Position numbers and translations under genes: made by a program. The notes beneath the pieces are model-generated. The model did no database searches, was not told the origin of the DNA, and worked only from the letters and a program-made list of their open reading frames with translations. A stretch of DNA of 64,000 bases, taken from the IMG/VR virus record IMGVR_UViG_3300037840_000148, positions 32,001 through 96,000 of that record; one strand, 5' to 3'. This stretch comes from a virus. This document shows, piece by piece, positions 37,560-46,315 of this stretch (the first letter of the stretch is position 1; every line of letters starts with the position of its first letter).

Positions 37560-37849
37560 GCCGGTTCTTGTTGTTTTTCGGGTTCTGGAATTAATTTTTC
37601 TTTCCTCAAAACGTCTTTAACTATTTTTTCAAGTTTTTCGCGTTCTTGTTTCTCTTTCAAATCGTACTCTAAGCTTTGAATATAAGTTTGAAAAACATAA
37701 AATTCACTACCTCGATGATTATAATTTTTATAAAAAGGTTGATCAATTAAATGAAAAAATCGTCTGGCTAAATCTTCGTAATTTTCTATAGCTTTTTTAC
37801 AATTTACTAATTCTTCTTTCATTGCTCCTATTGAATCTGCGGTATCCAT
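37556..37849 (-). CDS. Hypothetical protein
   Basis: SD AAGGAG; AT-rich. Confidence 0.55.
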   Translation of the reverse strand: MDTADSIGAMKEELVNCKKAIENYEDLARRFFHLIDQPFYKNYNHRGSEFYVFQTYIQSLEYDLKEKQEREKLEKIVKDVLRKEKLIPEPEKQQEPA

Positions 37850-37859
37850 ATCGTCTCCT

Positions 37860-38195
37860 TTAGATTTTTTTCCGAAGTATTTCCAAAATCTCGTTGGCAT
37901 TCTCGTGTCCTTCCAAAGCTTTGACGTTTTTTTCCAGTCGCTTTTTTCTAGCCGACGTGGATTTCACGCCATCTCGATTGACAGTTTTATTCCTGCGTAG
38001 CCTGCCGCCTCGTTCATAAGCTTGCGGGTCTGTCCCGTTCAACGTGTGGTCGAATTGCGCTTCCTGGAATCGGACTTTATCTTCGCCTTTCAATGTGTGG
38101 TTCTTACAGATAAAATTCGTCGCGGCTACGACCTCTTCCGTGCATTCTATAAATGACTGGCACCCTAATGCGATGCAATATAACTTAAGCTTCAA
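37860..38195 (-). CDS. Hypothetical protein
   Basis: TTG start with SD GAGGAGG; C..C..C..H. Confidence 0.5.
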   Translation of the reverse strand: MKLKLYCIALGCQSFIECTEEVVAATNFICKNHTLKGEDKVRFQEAQFDHTLNGTDPQAYERGGRLRRNKTVNRDGVKSTSARKKRLEKNVKALEGHENANEILEILRKKI

Positions 38196-39393
38196 TGTCT
38201 TCCTCCTCTTGGTCAACGAACATGTCGTCAAGTGTCTCGTCGTCTTTCTTTGTGAAGTACTCTTTCTTGAATGCTTCATCTCGGAGAACGAAGGCACGAA
38301 AGTAAGGATCGTTGGTATATCCAAAGCCGGGCCTGTTACTGAATTTATTAATCCAATTTTTAGATTTCCAGGCATTAACAATCTGTTGGATTTGATTACC
38401 GGCTACCAACGCGGCGTTATTTGCCATCTCTTGTGTAATAAAACCACTATTGAATTGAAGCCGCTGCCGCGTCAAAAAATTCTCCGGAACTCTCGTGGCA
38501 TTACTAGCTAACCACGCAAGTTTTCTTTCCGTAGCAGCTTTCGTCGTGTCGAGTTTACCGTCCGCTTTTCGGCCTTGTGCTTCTTCCATCAATGTCACGA
38601 CGAAATCATTCACGACTATCCAGACACCTTCATCGGTTACATGCGCCACGACGGCTTCTTGACCGGCTTTAAAAGGCTCGGCGTTTTCTAGAAGAGTAAC
38701 GCTCGTTCCTTTTTCTAATTTATGTCCAGATTTAGTAAACCAAAGCAGTGCAGCGTCCCTAATACCAGTCAACCATGAATACAAACATAACTGAGGATCG
38801 AATGCCGCGTAACCTGCGTTCTCGTGATAGTTGATTCCGGCCGTTTTGATATCAATAATAAGCGGCCTGAAGGGTCCATATTCCGGTCGCCACTCCAATT
38901 TAGGCAGAAGCGGGTGGTCTGGCTCGGTGTAAGAAATTATATCAATCTTGCCGTATATGGTTATCTCGCCATAATTGGGATCTTCCGGGTAAATCTCCTT
39001 TTCGTAATCACGTTGGAAACTAACGCGACCGCCTAACGGGATAGGAAGGTCCGGTTGTCGGATTTTATAAAGACGAAGCATCTCTGTCCCGATTCTCTGC
39101 AAATTATTCCAATCTTTTTCTTTCTTCGTATATTTCAACTTATCGTTTTCTTTATGCTCGGACCAACGGCGAGAAAAATCTTCCAAAAACCCTTCTGCAT
39201 TGTGGTCATGAAAAAATTGCAGAGATTCCTCGAAAGCTCTGCCGAATTTAAAAGCCGCCTTCAGATCAGATTCCCGCCAACCAAGAACCCTTCGTAAATG
39301 ATACCGGTATGGATTACCATCGAAATCCAAACCCGCGGAATACGAGTGACGCCTCTGCGGCTCACCTTTTGAATTGAGATAAAGAAAGGCCAT
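38185..39393 (-). CDS. PD-(D/E)XK exonuclease (RecB/AddB-like)
   Basis: HSYS, FGRAF, GKID, IIDIKT, QL.LY. Confidence 0.8.
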   Translation of the reverse strand: MAFLYLNSKGEPQRRHSYSAGLDFDGNPYRYHLRRVLGWRESDLKAAFKFGRAFEESLQFFHDHNAEGFLEDFSRRWSEHKENDKLKYTKKEKDWNNLQRIGTEMLRLYKIRQPDLPIPLGGRVSFQRDYEKEIYPEDPNYGEITIYGKIDIISYTEPDHPLLPKLEWRPEYGPFRPLIIDIKTAGINYHENAGYAAFDPQLCLYSWLTGIRDAALLWFTKSGHKLEKGTSVTLLENAEPFKAGQEAVVAHVTDEGVWIVVNDFVVTLMEEAQGRKADGKLDTTKAATERKLAWLASNATRVPENFLTRQRLQFNSGFITQEMANNAALVAGNQIQQIVNAWKSKNWINKFSNRPGFGYTNDPYFRAFVLRDEAFKKEYFTKKDDETLDDMFVDQEEEDIEA

Positions 39394-39593
39394 TACTGCC
39401 AACCTTGCGGGTCTGTGAACGTCAAATTACTACAGTTGACCCGACAATCATCAAAACCTTTCCCGCCGTAGGCATCCTCGTCGCCTTCCATATATTCTAC
39501 CCAACTATAGAAGGCGTTCTCTTCCTCGACGTGAATAACGTAATCGTGGCCGTCGTTGTCACTTACTAATTTAAATCGCATACTCCTCCTCAT
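39393..39593 (-). CDS. Small hypothetical protein
   Basis: DNDGHDYVI. Confidence 0.55.
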   Translation of the reverse strand: MRRSMRFKLVSDNDGHDYVIHVEEENAFYSWVEYMEGDEDAYGGKGFDDCRVNCSNLTFTDPQGWQ

Positions 39594-41985
39594 AGACTTG
39601 TATCCGGTCTATGTAGTTATTTAGAAATTCGCTTCTAGGACCGAAATAACTCAACTCTAGATGCTTGGCTGCTCTGCTCGCCCCGACAAAAAATATTCTT
39701 TTCTCTTCCATAATTTCACCGTTTTTATGTGGAATTTTACCTTGACTACACCCAACTAGAAAAACATAATCGAATTCCAAACCCTTCGCTTTATGCACGG
39801 TGGCTAGAGTTAAACATTTTATTGCTTTCGTGGCGTATGCTAGCCTGCGGAGATAATTTAAAAACTCCGTGACATTACCCTTATTTGCGGACATCCTGAC
39901 GGCATCATTAAGATTCTTAACGGGATCATTCTCGGCATCAGCTAGGTTTCGGTAGATCCAAATCAAATTATGCTTCGTAATCAAATCCGCTAAAACCTCA
40001 TTAGCCGGACGAGTATCATTTGACTCCTTGGCTAATTTCAGAAGCCTTTTGACTTCCGACTGTTGCCAAAAACCATCTTTTCCTAAATATTTATAACGAA
40101 TATTTCTGCTTGTACACGCTTTCTGAAACGCGAACAATTGTCGGTTAGTACGAGCCAAAATCGCTGTATGCTCCGGATCAGTAATTTTTGATAAAACCCG
40201 GTCGGCTTCTTGTAAATCATACGAATATTCAACTACCGTAGGATCGACACCAACTTCATTATCAGTCGTCATGTGGCTTGCAATGCCGTTATCGACGGGC
40301 AAAATTTCCTTGAAAAATTCGACGAGCTTTTTAGTTGATCTGTAGTTTTGTCCAAGATATAAAGTTTTTGCATTTGGAAATCTCTCGTAAAACTTGGATA
40401 AGTTTCCAGCTTGGGCGCTTCTCCACTCATAAATACAATTTCCGACCGGAACATTATCTGCAATATAGGTGTGATCTTTTTCTACATCAAGAGAATAAAC
40501 GGGGCCACAATATTTAATCTTTTTAATTTTTTGAATAAGAGAGCTCTTATATGTTTTCTTTGTTGGTAAATCCATTAATTTTTCCAAAAGATTGGCTGCA
40601 ACCGTTTTAAAATATCCATGAAACTTTGTTCGATGTTTCTTTCTATTCCCCCAAGAAATTAAAGGGTATTCAAAAAGAAGCCCTTTTTCTAAAAGAAGAT
40701 TAAATCCTCCCGCCCAAGACACCGATTTAAAAACTCTTTTAATTTGTTGACCCGTAACCGCTGTTCTATAATTATGAAAAGTTCGTTCAGGTATCTGATA
40801 CTGTAAAGAATATATTTCTTCCCTAGTATGTGCCTCTGTATTGGATTCCACAACATCTAGTATCCACATCTTATCTGCTCGTTCCTGATATCCTCTATGA
40901 GATATTTGATTACCACCGCAGGCAGTTCTTAACGTACTTGTTCCTATTCTGAATCCCCGATCTCTTCTCCACATCAAATATACAAAATGCGTTTTATTTT
41001 GTAACGCTTTTCGGTTAAATTTTGTCCAAACGAAATGGTTTGGTGTGACTTTCGTAGTCTCATTATTCATTTCAATCTGTAAAAGATTTCCATCAAACTG
41101 ACGTACTGCTCTGCGAAAACGACGGCCTTTTCCTAATCGCATTCTTTTTCCATAATGATCCCATGAAACAATCCGGTCGTTTGTTTCGGATAAAAGCTCA
41201 ATTGGAACTTGCTTTACTTTTGCAGCTACTCGACCTTGAACCGGAGAAACCAAAACATCAACTAGAGTGCCGGGAGGCTGACATTGGTTTTCATCTCCAA
41301 CCGCAAACATATTGCCGTCAAATATAAGCTGAAGCAGCCTGAACTGTTTTTCGTCCGTGTCTTGAGCCTCGTCAACCGCTATATACTTCCTTTTCCACCT
41401 TGCTAAAACTTCCAGATTGGTTTCAAATAGCTTTACAACTTCAGTAATGCAAGCATCAAAGTCCAACCAGCCTTCCAAACGCATGCCCTTTTCGTATTGT
41501 TCATAAGCCAATGAATAAACGTACTCTGCGCCTTGGTGTCTAGCTTCTTCCATTGCCGTGGCTGGATCAGTATTTTCACACTTCCACCGAGTAATTTTCT
41601 CTCTGAGCGTCTTGTACTGCAGTTGTGGAAACTGCCGACAAAGCTCGGCCAAAAGCTGATAATCCTGAGCCTTGACGGGGATAATCTCGTCGCACAGTTC
41701 AAACGGCAGGTGCTCTCGTTCCTTCTTTAAGACTTCCAACGCGAAGCTATGAAAAGTCCTAAACGATGACTTCGCGTCCGTCATCCCAATCCGTGTTTGC
41801 ATCTGCTCGGCCGCGGCGTTTGTGAAGGTCAAATTCAGGATGTCCCGAGTGTTGATTCCACGAGTCAGCATCCGGATATACCGCTCTACCAAGACGGTCG
41901 TCTTGCCAGATCCTGGCCCTGCGATAGTTACCCAGACACCATCAATAGCGTTAGCAGCTAGCTCCTGTTGAGGATTAAGAATCAC
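39571..41985 (-). CDS. uvrD: UvrD/Rep/PcrA helicase with intein
   Basis: AGPGSGKT, TFTN, TFH, VDEAQD, GDENQ/CIYEWR, QNYRS, TVHKAKGLEF. Confidence 0.92.
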   Translation of the reverse strand: MILNPQQELAANAIDGVWVTIAGPGSGKTTVLVERYIRMLTRGINTRDILNLTFTNAAAEQMQTRIGMTDAKSSFRTFHSFALEVLKKEREHLPFELCDEIIPVKAQDYQLLAELCRQFPQLQYKTLREKITRWKCENTDPATAMEEARHQGAEYVYSLAYEQYEKGMRLEGWLDFDACITEVVKLFETNLEVLARWKRKYIAVDEAQDTDEKQFRLLQLIFDGNMFAVGDENQCQPPGTLVDVLVSPVQGRVAAKVKQVPIELLSETNDRIVSWDHYGKRMRLGKGRRFRRAVRQFDGNLLQIEMNNETTKVTPNHFVWTKFNRKALQNKTHFVYLMWRRDRGFRIGTSTLRTACGGNQISHRGYQERADKMWILDVVESNTEAHTREEIYSLQYQIPERTFHNYRTAVTGQQIKRVFKSVSWAGGFNLLLEKGLLFEYPLISWGNRKKHRTKFHGYFKTVAANLLEKLMDLPTKKTYKSSLIQKIKKIKYCGPVYSLDVEKDHTYIADNVPVGNCIYEWRSAQAGNLSKFYERFPNAKTLYLGQNYRSTKKLVEFFKEILPVDNGIASHMTTDNEVGVDPTVVEYSYDLQEADRVLSKITDPEHTAILARTNRQLFAFQKACTSRNIRYKYLGKDGFWQQSEVKRLLKLAKESNDTRPANEVLADLITKHNLIWIYRNLADAENDPVKNLNDAVRMSANKGNVTEFLNYLRRLAYATKAIKCLTLATVHKAKGLEFDYVFLVGCSQGKIPHKNGEIMEEKRIFFVGASRAAKHLELSYFGPRSEFLNNYIDRIQVYEEEYAI
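40438..41283 (-). mobile_element. Intein in UvrD (282 aa)
   Basis: Starts CQPPGT, block B TPNH, ends VYSLDV..HTYIADNVPVGN, +1 Cys; interrupts motif III. Confidence 0.88.
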
Positions 41986-42182
41986 ACTTTCTCCGCAATA
42001 TCATTTAATGGTAAAGACATTTGCCGTTTTGATTCTTTTTCGTTATCAAGTATCTGTCGAATAAATTCTTCCTCGGATACGCCTATCGGCATAACTTTAC
42101 TGAGACAGTTTGGACAACCTGTTTGCACTCTCGGCTCTTCCTTTGAAATAAAAATCCGACCACTACAAAATGGGCAACTCAT
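41982..42182 (-). CDS. Zinc-ribbon protein
   Basis: CPFC..CPNC. Confidence 0.55.
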   Translation of the reverse strand: MSCPFCSGRIFISKEEPRVQTGCPNCLSKVMPIGVSEEEFIRQILDNEKESKRQMSLPLNDIAEKV

Positions 42183-43543
42183 GCTTTCTCCGCGACTTCA
42201 TTGATAATCAAAACAAGACCGCCCGGTCCTAATACCTTGACACGTTCATCGAAAGTTGCAAGCAGTTGGTCCCACTGTTTGACGGTTAATTTCAACTTGC
42301 CATTTTCAACGATGGCGTCAGGAAATAGATGCATCGTATACCTCTTGACACGCCAAATAATGCCGTCCGTCATGCCGCCATTTTTCAGAATTTCGTTTGT
42401 ATACACCTTAAGACGGGCACGGTACGCGTCTTCCTGTTCTTTTGTCGGATACTCACTTTCTTGTGCTGCCGCAAATAAAGGCTTCATAGTTTCAGCTAAG
42501 TTTTGAATAATCTCATTTCCGGCTTGTAGTACTTCCGGAGCAATATTGAAAGGCGGTTCAGGATCATAAAGAGGCTGCATAGCAACCTTTAGTTCTTCTT
42601 CTTTGGCTTTTATGTGCTCTGGTCCAAGATATGGCGCATCAAAATCTTCGCTCGCGTTAACGTTATTTCTTGCGGCTTCCATCTCAGCCTTAGTGCGCCG
42701 TCTACGTCGCGGTTTTCCTTCTACCAACTCTTTAACTAAGGCGTCGGCTGCAGCCAAGACGACAGGATCAGTGATGGTTTTTGCTGCTTCTGCCATCGTT
42801 GGGTATTTATTGAATTGTTCGATTTCAACTAACTTTTCTATCGGTTCAACGCCTGGGATTGGTTGTGGAATAATCGAACCGCTTGAAAATGGCTCTGGGG
42901 CAACCATTTTATTGAAGCCGCTCTTACGATTAGGATTAAGTAAAACCGCGTCAGTTATTGAGTCAAGCGCCGTGTTTGGGTCAACCGCCTTCCGGACATC
43001 TTCCGTTACATCTTTACCAGCTTGACTATTCGGTTCGACTTGCGGTTGGGGGGCCGGTAGAGTTGCCATACTTGCTAGACTCGTGCTGGAACGGTTGATG
43101 TCGGTTGTGGTTTCGTTTAATTCGGATTCATCTAGCAAACCGCCGACAAATTGTAAAGTCATCCGACGAGTCCCGCGTGTCTGTGCGAGCATCACGGCGG
43201 TTGCTAACTGTGTGCCTTTCAAGCCTTCCGTTGACGCACTTCCGACAGCCATTTCGGTCCTGCCGGTTGCATCTTTTCCTTCGACAATCCAAGCGACATA
43301 ACCCCGACCTTCGTCTTTTGTCAGCTTCGTCGTAGAGATTTGTTTATTAGCTCGGATGATATCCGTCGCGGCTTTTTTCGCATAAAGCGTCAAGTTGCGT
43401 TTACCGTCGCCCGTTTCCATCCAAATAAATGCCAAGGCGCTCAATTCTGGCGGCAGGCTGTAATGCTGACAGGCGTCAAGGTAGTATTTCTGACGTTGTT
43501 CTTCAGTCAGGCTTTCAAGGTCGTAAATCGGATTAAAAGGCAT
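42179..43543 (-). CDS. Single-strand annealing recombinase (RecT/Bet-like N-domain)
   Basis: LTEEQR..YY..C..LTLYAKK.ATD..M.AQTR..RR.TL; upstream of helicase and exonuclease. Confidence 0.65.
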   Translation of the reverse strand: MPFNPIYDLESLTEEQRQKYYLDACQHYSLPPELSALAFIWMETGDGKRNLTLYAKKAATDIIRANKQISTTKLTKDEGRGYVAWIVEGKDATGRTEMAVGSASTEGLKGTQLATAVMLAQTRGTRRMTLQFVGGLLDESELNETTTDINRSSTSLASMATLPAPQPQVEPNSQAGKDVTEDVRKAVDPNTALDSITDAVLLNPNRKSGFNKMVAPEPFSSGSIIPQPIPGVEPIEKLVEIEQFNKYPTMAEAAKTITDPVVLAAADALVKELVEGKPRRRRRTKAEMEAARNNVNASEDFDAPYLGPEHIKAKEEELKVAMQPLYDPEPPFNIAPEVLQAGNEIIQNLAETMKPLFAAAQESEYPTKEQEDAYRARLKVYTNEILKNGGMTDGIIWRVKRYTMHLFPDAIVENGKLKLTVKQWDQLLATFDERVKVLGPGGLVLIINEVAEKA

Positions 43544-43573
43544 AATTCCTCACGTTTAATTTCATATAGAATG

Positions 43574-43602
43574 ACGGTATCATACTTTTCCTTATTTGTC
43601 AA
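43574..43602 (-). promoter_or_regulatory. sigma70 promoter
   Basis: TTGACA-N17-TACCGT with TGn, same -10 as the integrase promoter. Confidence 0.55.
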
Positions 43603-43741
43603 GCTTTTTATCTCTAAATGTATTTCCTAAATAATCCCGATGCGGACCCGCGTGTCCGGCGTCTTTTATACAATAAAATTTAACATCTTTATCATGTTCA
43701 TCTTTCTTAACTCTGTATTTCATACATTGAGCGGCATACAT
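43592..43741 (-). CDS. Small Cys/His protein
   Basis: C..C....GH.GPH. Confidence 0.5.
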   Translation of the reverse strand: MYAAQCMKYRVKKDEHDKDVKFYCIKDAGHAGPHRDYLGNTFRDKKLDK

Positions 43742-43769
43742 AAAAATTTCTCGCAAAGTATTTTCCTTT

Positions 43770-45956
43770 CTACTTATGGTAATAACTGCCGGAAAAGCCG
43801 TCCGCGCCAAGCAAAAGGCCCGGAGCCCAACTTACCGGCTCTGACAAAATTTGAATCATGTCTTGGACGCCGGGATGAAACGGGCAATCTGGATTCTCAG
43901 CGATGCCCTCGTCGTGCGCGTGACCATCTACTTCTATTCCTATTTCTTCGAATCGCAAAAATTTCACGGCAATCACGTCACGGCTAAAACCTTGATCGAT
44001 GTTTTCAAAAATCTTGCCCCCATGTGACGTAATACTATTAGACCACGCGTGGGTAGTCTGGTTAACTCCTGAGTATGTCAGGGTCGGGCCAAAAACATCG
44101 TTGCCGTCTTCATCTTTCCACGGCTTCTTTAAATTTTGGATAGATGCATCGAGGTAGTGTAAATAGCGACCTGAAGGCAGTTGAATCCTCAGAATGACAC
44201 GTTTGATACCGTCTTGATCTAATGTCAACTTATCAAATTTAATACAGCCGTTAGGTCCGATTTCTCGTTTCGTTCGCTCGCCATTCAAAACATCCGTATA
44301 GGCTTTCTCGATGTCAAACCAGCATTGTTTGATTTCTGAATAAGATTCACGAAAAATTTGAACTATATGATGTGCCTGACTCTGTTCCATCTGGACGCCA
44401 TAACCCTCGGCAAACCCCCAAAGTCCGGTTTTTATAACATCGCCTGTCTTGGGATTCGTTCCCCAATCACCGCCGCCCATTCTGTACACACATCCTAAAA
44501 CCCCCACTTTACCCATCTGCCGATTATCTTTCGCGGCCTTCTTAATCATTTTATCCAATGATTTCAAGTCGGCTTCCATCTTTTCATAACTTGTCCCGAG
44601 AAGCTTGGTCGCACTGAAGTCAATGTATGGGTCGTTACCATTCGGCTTACCCGGTCGCGGCTCGAAGACTTTCATCAACGGTTCACAACCAGCAAGGTAG
44701 GCCGCGGATCTTGTTTCTATGGCATTAAGGTCGGCAACATCAAGCCTTTTTCCTTCCGGCGCAACAAACGCGGTCCTGATAAGGTTCTTGATCGTCAACA
44801 GGACGGAACCAAATTTTTTCTGGATACCGTCGTAGTCCATCCTGCGAACCATACCACGCGCCTCATCGACGACATTTTCATCCTCAAAATTAAAACCGTT
44901 CAAAACACCCGGCCTTGCTAAATTTTGAAGTTGAACAGCATTCCCAGACCAACGACCGCATCTTGCGCTTCCCATATAAAGAAACTGGTTCCTGAGTCTG
45001 TTGTCAGGCGATATCTGCCGCATGATCGCTGCAAGCTTCTTGTATGTCGTACTGGACGCCGCTCGGCGGGCTTCCAAGACTTGTTGACACAATGGCGTCA
45101 TTGTGTCGCTGTGATACTTTAACTGTGACTCGACTGTTGTTTTATTTAATGTGTTCGATTCATAGCCTTGTTCTCTAGCCCATGCAAGCATCTGCTTCGG
45201 GGAGTTGGCATTTTCTAATCCAGTCAACTCATTTTGCTTTTTGACAGCTTCTTCCTTTGAACGAGACGCTAATTCATACATGTTTTTCGCAAACGGCAAA
45301 TCCACGAAAATTCCGCGGTCATTGACTTTCTGGTCGAATATCCAAATCTTCCGTTCTAGTTCAGGCAGCGGGAAGACTTTCAACAACATTTCTTTCCGCA
45401 TGATTTCACGTTCCGACCGAACGTCTTGACAGCAATAGTCGACAAACTCCTGCCACTCTTTTGGATGCGTATTCCAATCATTAAAGTACTGCCGTTGAGT
45501 CTCGCCCTTCTTCTTTCTAGTCAAATGTGGTTCACTGAAAAGTTTGATTAAATCTTCGCCGCGTTTGTCTTTCTGGAATTCCGGCTTCAACGCTAGGATA
45601 TCTCCGACTTTATCTAGCGCCCCGGGAAGACTTAAATACCTAGCTGAAGCTTGGGGATCGTACCATCTTTCAATCGGCAAATCGATACCTAACTTGTAAA
45701 GAAAGCCATACCGCTCGAAGGTTGAATGCCACGCCGCAAGCGGTTGTTCCGGATCTTCCAAGCCTCGACGTAAATCATCCGGCATCCCGGTCAGGTGGAT
45801 TTGCCACGGCTTCGGCTCGGCTTCCCCATATGCATAGGCCAAAATAAGTGGTTGCGTTAATTTATCCAACCAGTAATTATGGAGACCAACGCTTTCGCTG
45901 CCGTGAAGTTCTACAACGCCACGGGATTCCCAATCGAGATGAAGAAACGGTTTCAA
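43770..45956 (-). CDS. polA: DNA polymerase family A with 3'-5' exonuclease
   Basis: LDWESR, YC.QDV, GRWSG..QLQNL, DLNAIE.R, RQMGK...L...Y, HDE. Confidence 0.93.
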   Translation of the reverse strand: MKPFLHLDWESRGVVELHGSESVGLHNYWLDKLTQPLILAYAYGEAEPKPWQIHLTGMPDDLRRGLEDPEQPLAAWHSTFERYGFLYKLGIDLPIERWYDPQASARYLSLPGALDKVGDILALKPEFQKDKRGEDLIKLFSEPHLTRKKKGETQRQYFNDWNTHPKEWQEFVDYCCQDVRSEREIMRKEMLLKVFPLPELERKIWIFDQKVNDRGIFVDLPFAKNMYELASRSKEEAVKKQNELTGLENANSPKQMLAWAREQGYESNTLNKTTVESQLKYHSDTMTPLCQQVLEARRAASSTTYKKLAAIMRQISPDNRLRNQFLYMGSARCGRWSGNAVQLQNLARPGVLNGFNFEDENVVDEARGMVRRMDYDGIQKKFGSVLLTIKNLIRTAFVAPEGKRLDVADLNAIETRSAAYLAGCEPLMKVFEPRPGKPNGNDPYIDFSATKLLGTSYEKMEADLKSLDKMIKKAAKDNRQMGKVGVLGCVYRMGGGDWGTNPKTGDVIKTGLWGFAEGYGVQMEQSQAHHIVQIFRESYSEIKQCWFDIEKAYTDVLNGERTKREIGPNGCIKFDKLTLDQDGIKRVILRIQLPSGRYLHYLDASIQNLKKPWKDEDGNDVFGPTLTYSGVNQTTHAWSNSITSHGGKIFENIDQGFSRDVIAVKFLRFEEIGIEVDGHAHDEGIAENPDCPFHPGVQDMIQILSEPVSWAPGLLLGADGFSGSYYHK

Positions 45957-46303
45957 TACTTCTTACCCCCCGGCAGTACGCGGTTCTCGTGCTTGTGGTC
46001 GGCTCGGTGTGCGTTATAATGCCGCTTCTCTTGATACGCGCCCTCAAGATCATATCCAAATCCTTGGGCAAGATCGAAGATACGAATCAAGCAGTCTGTT
46101 AACTCGACTTCAACCATTTTACGATTAGGTAATTTATCGTCTTGTAAATCCTTCCTGTGGCCTTCCAACGCCTCAGAAAGTTCACTGTGGCATAGAGCGA
46201 TCAACTCACCGAAATTACGGGTGAGTGGTTCACCTGTCTTGATATCTCGCCACCACTTAAGGTTATCATCGTGGCATTGCTTTGCGTAATCATTTAGATT
46301 CAT
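45953..46303 (-). CDS. MazG-like NTP pyrophosphohydrolase
   Basis: LCHSELSEALEG.RK..ELTD..IRIFD. Confidence 0.85.
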   Translation of the reverse strand: MNLNDYAKQCHDDNLKWWRDIKTGEPLTRNFGELIALCHSELSEALEGHRKDLQDDKLPNRKMVEVELTDCLIRIFDLAQGFGYDLEGAYQEKRHYNAHRADHKHENRVLPGGKKY

Positions 46304-46315
46304 TTTCTTCTCCTT

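Noticed and set aside
38185-39393. Cas4 / CRISPR adaptation module
   Set aside because: No Fe-S cysteines or other cas genes; context is annealing protein plus helicase
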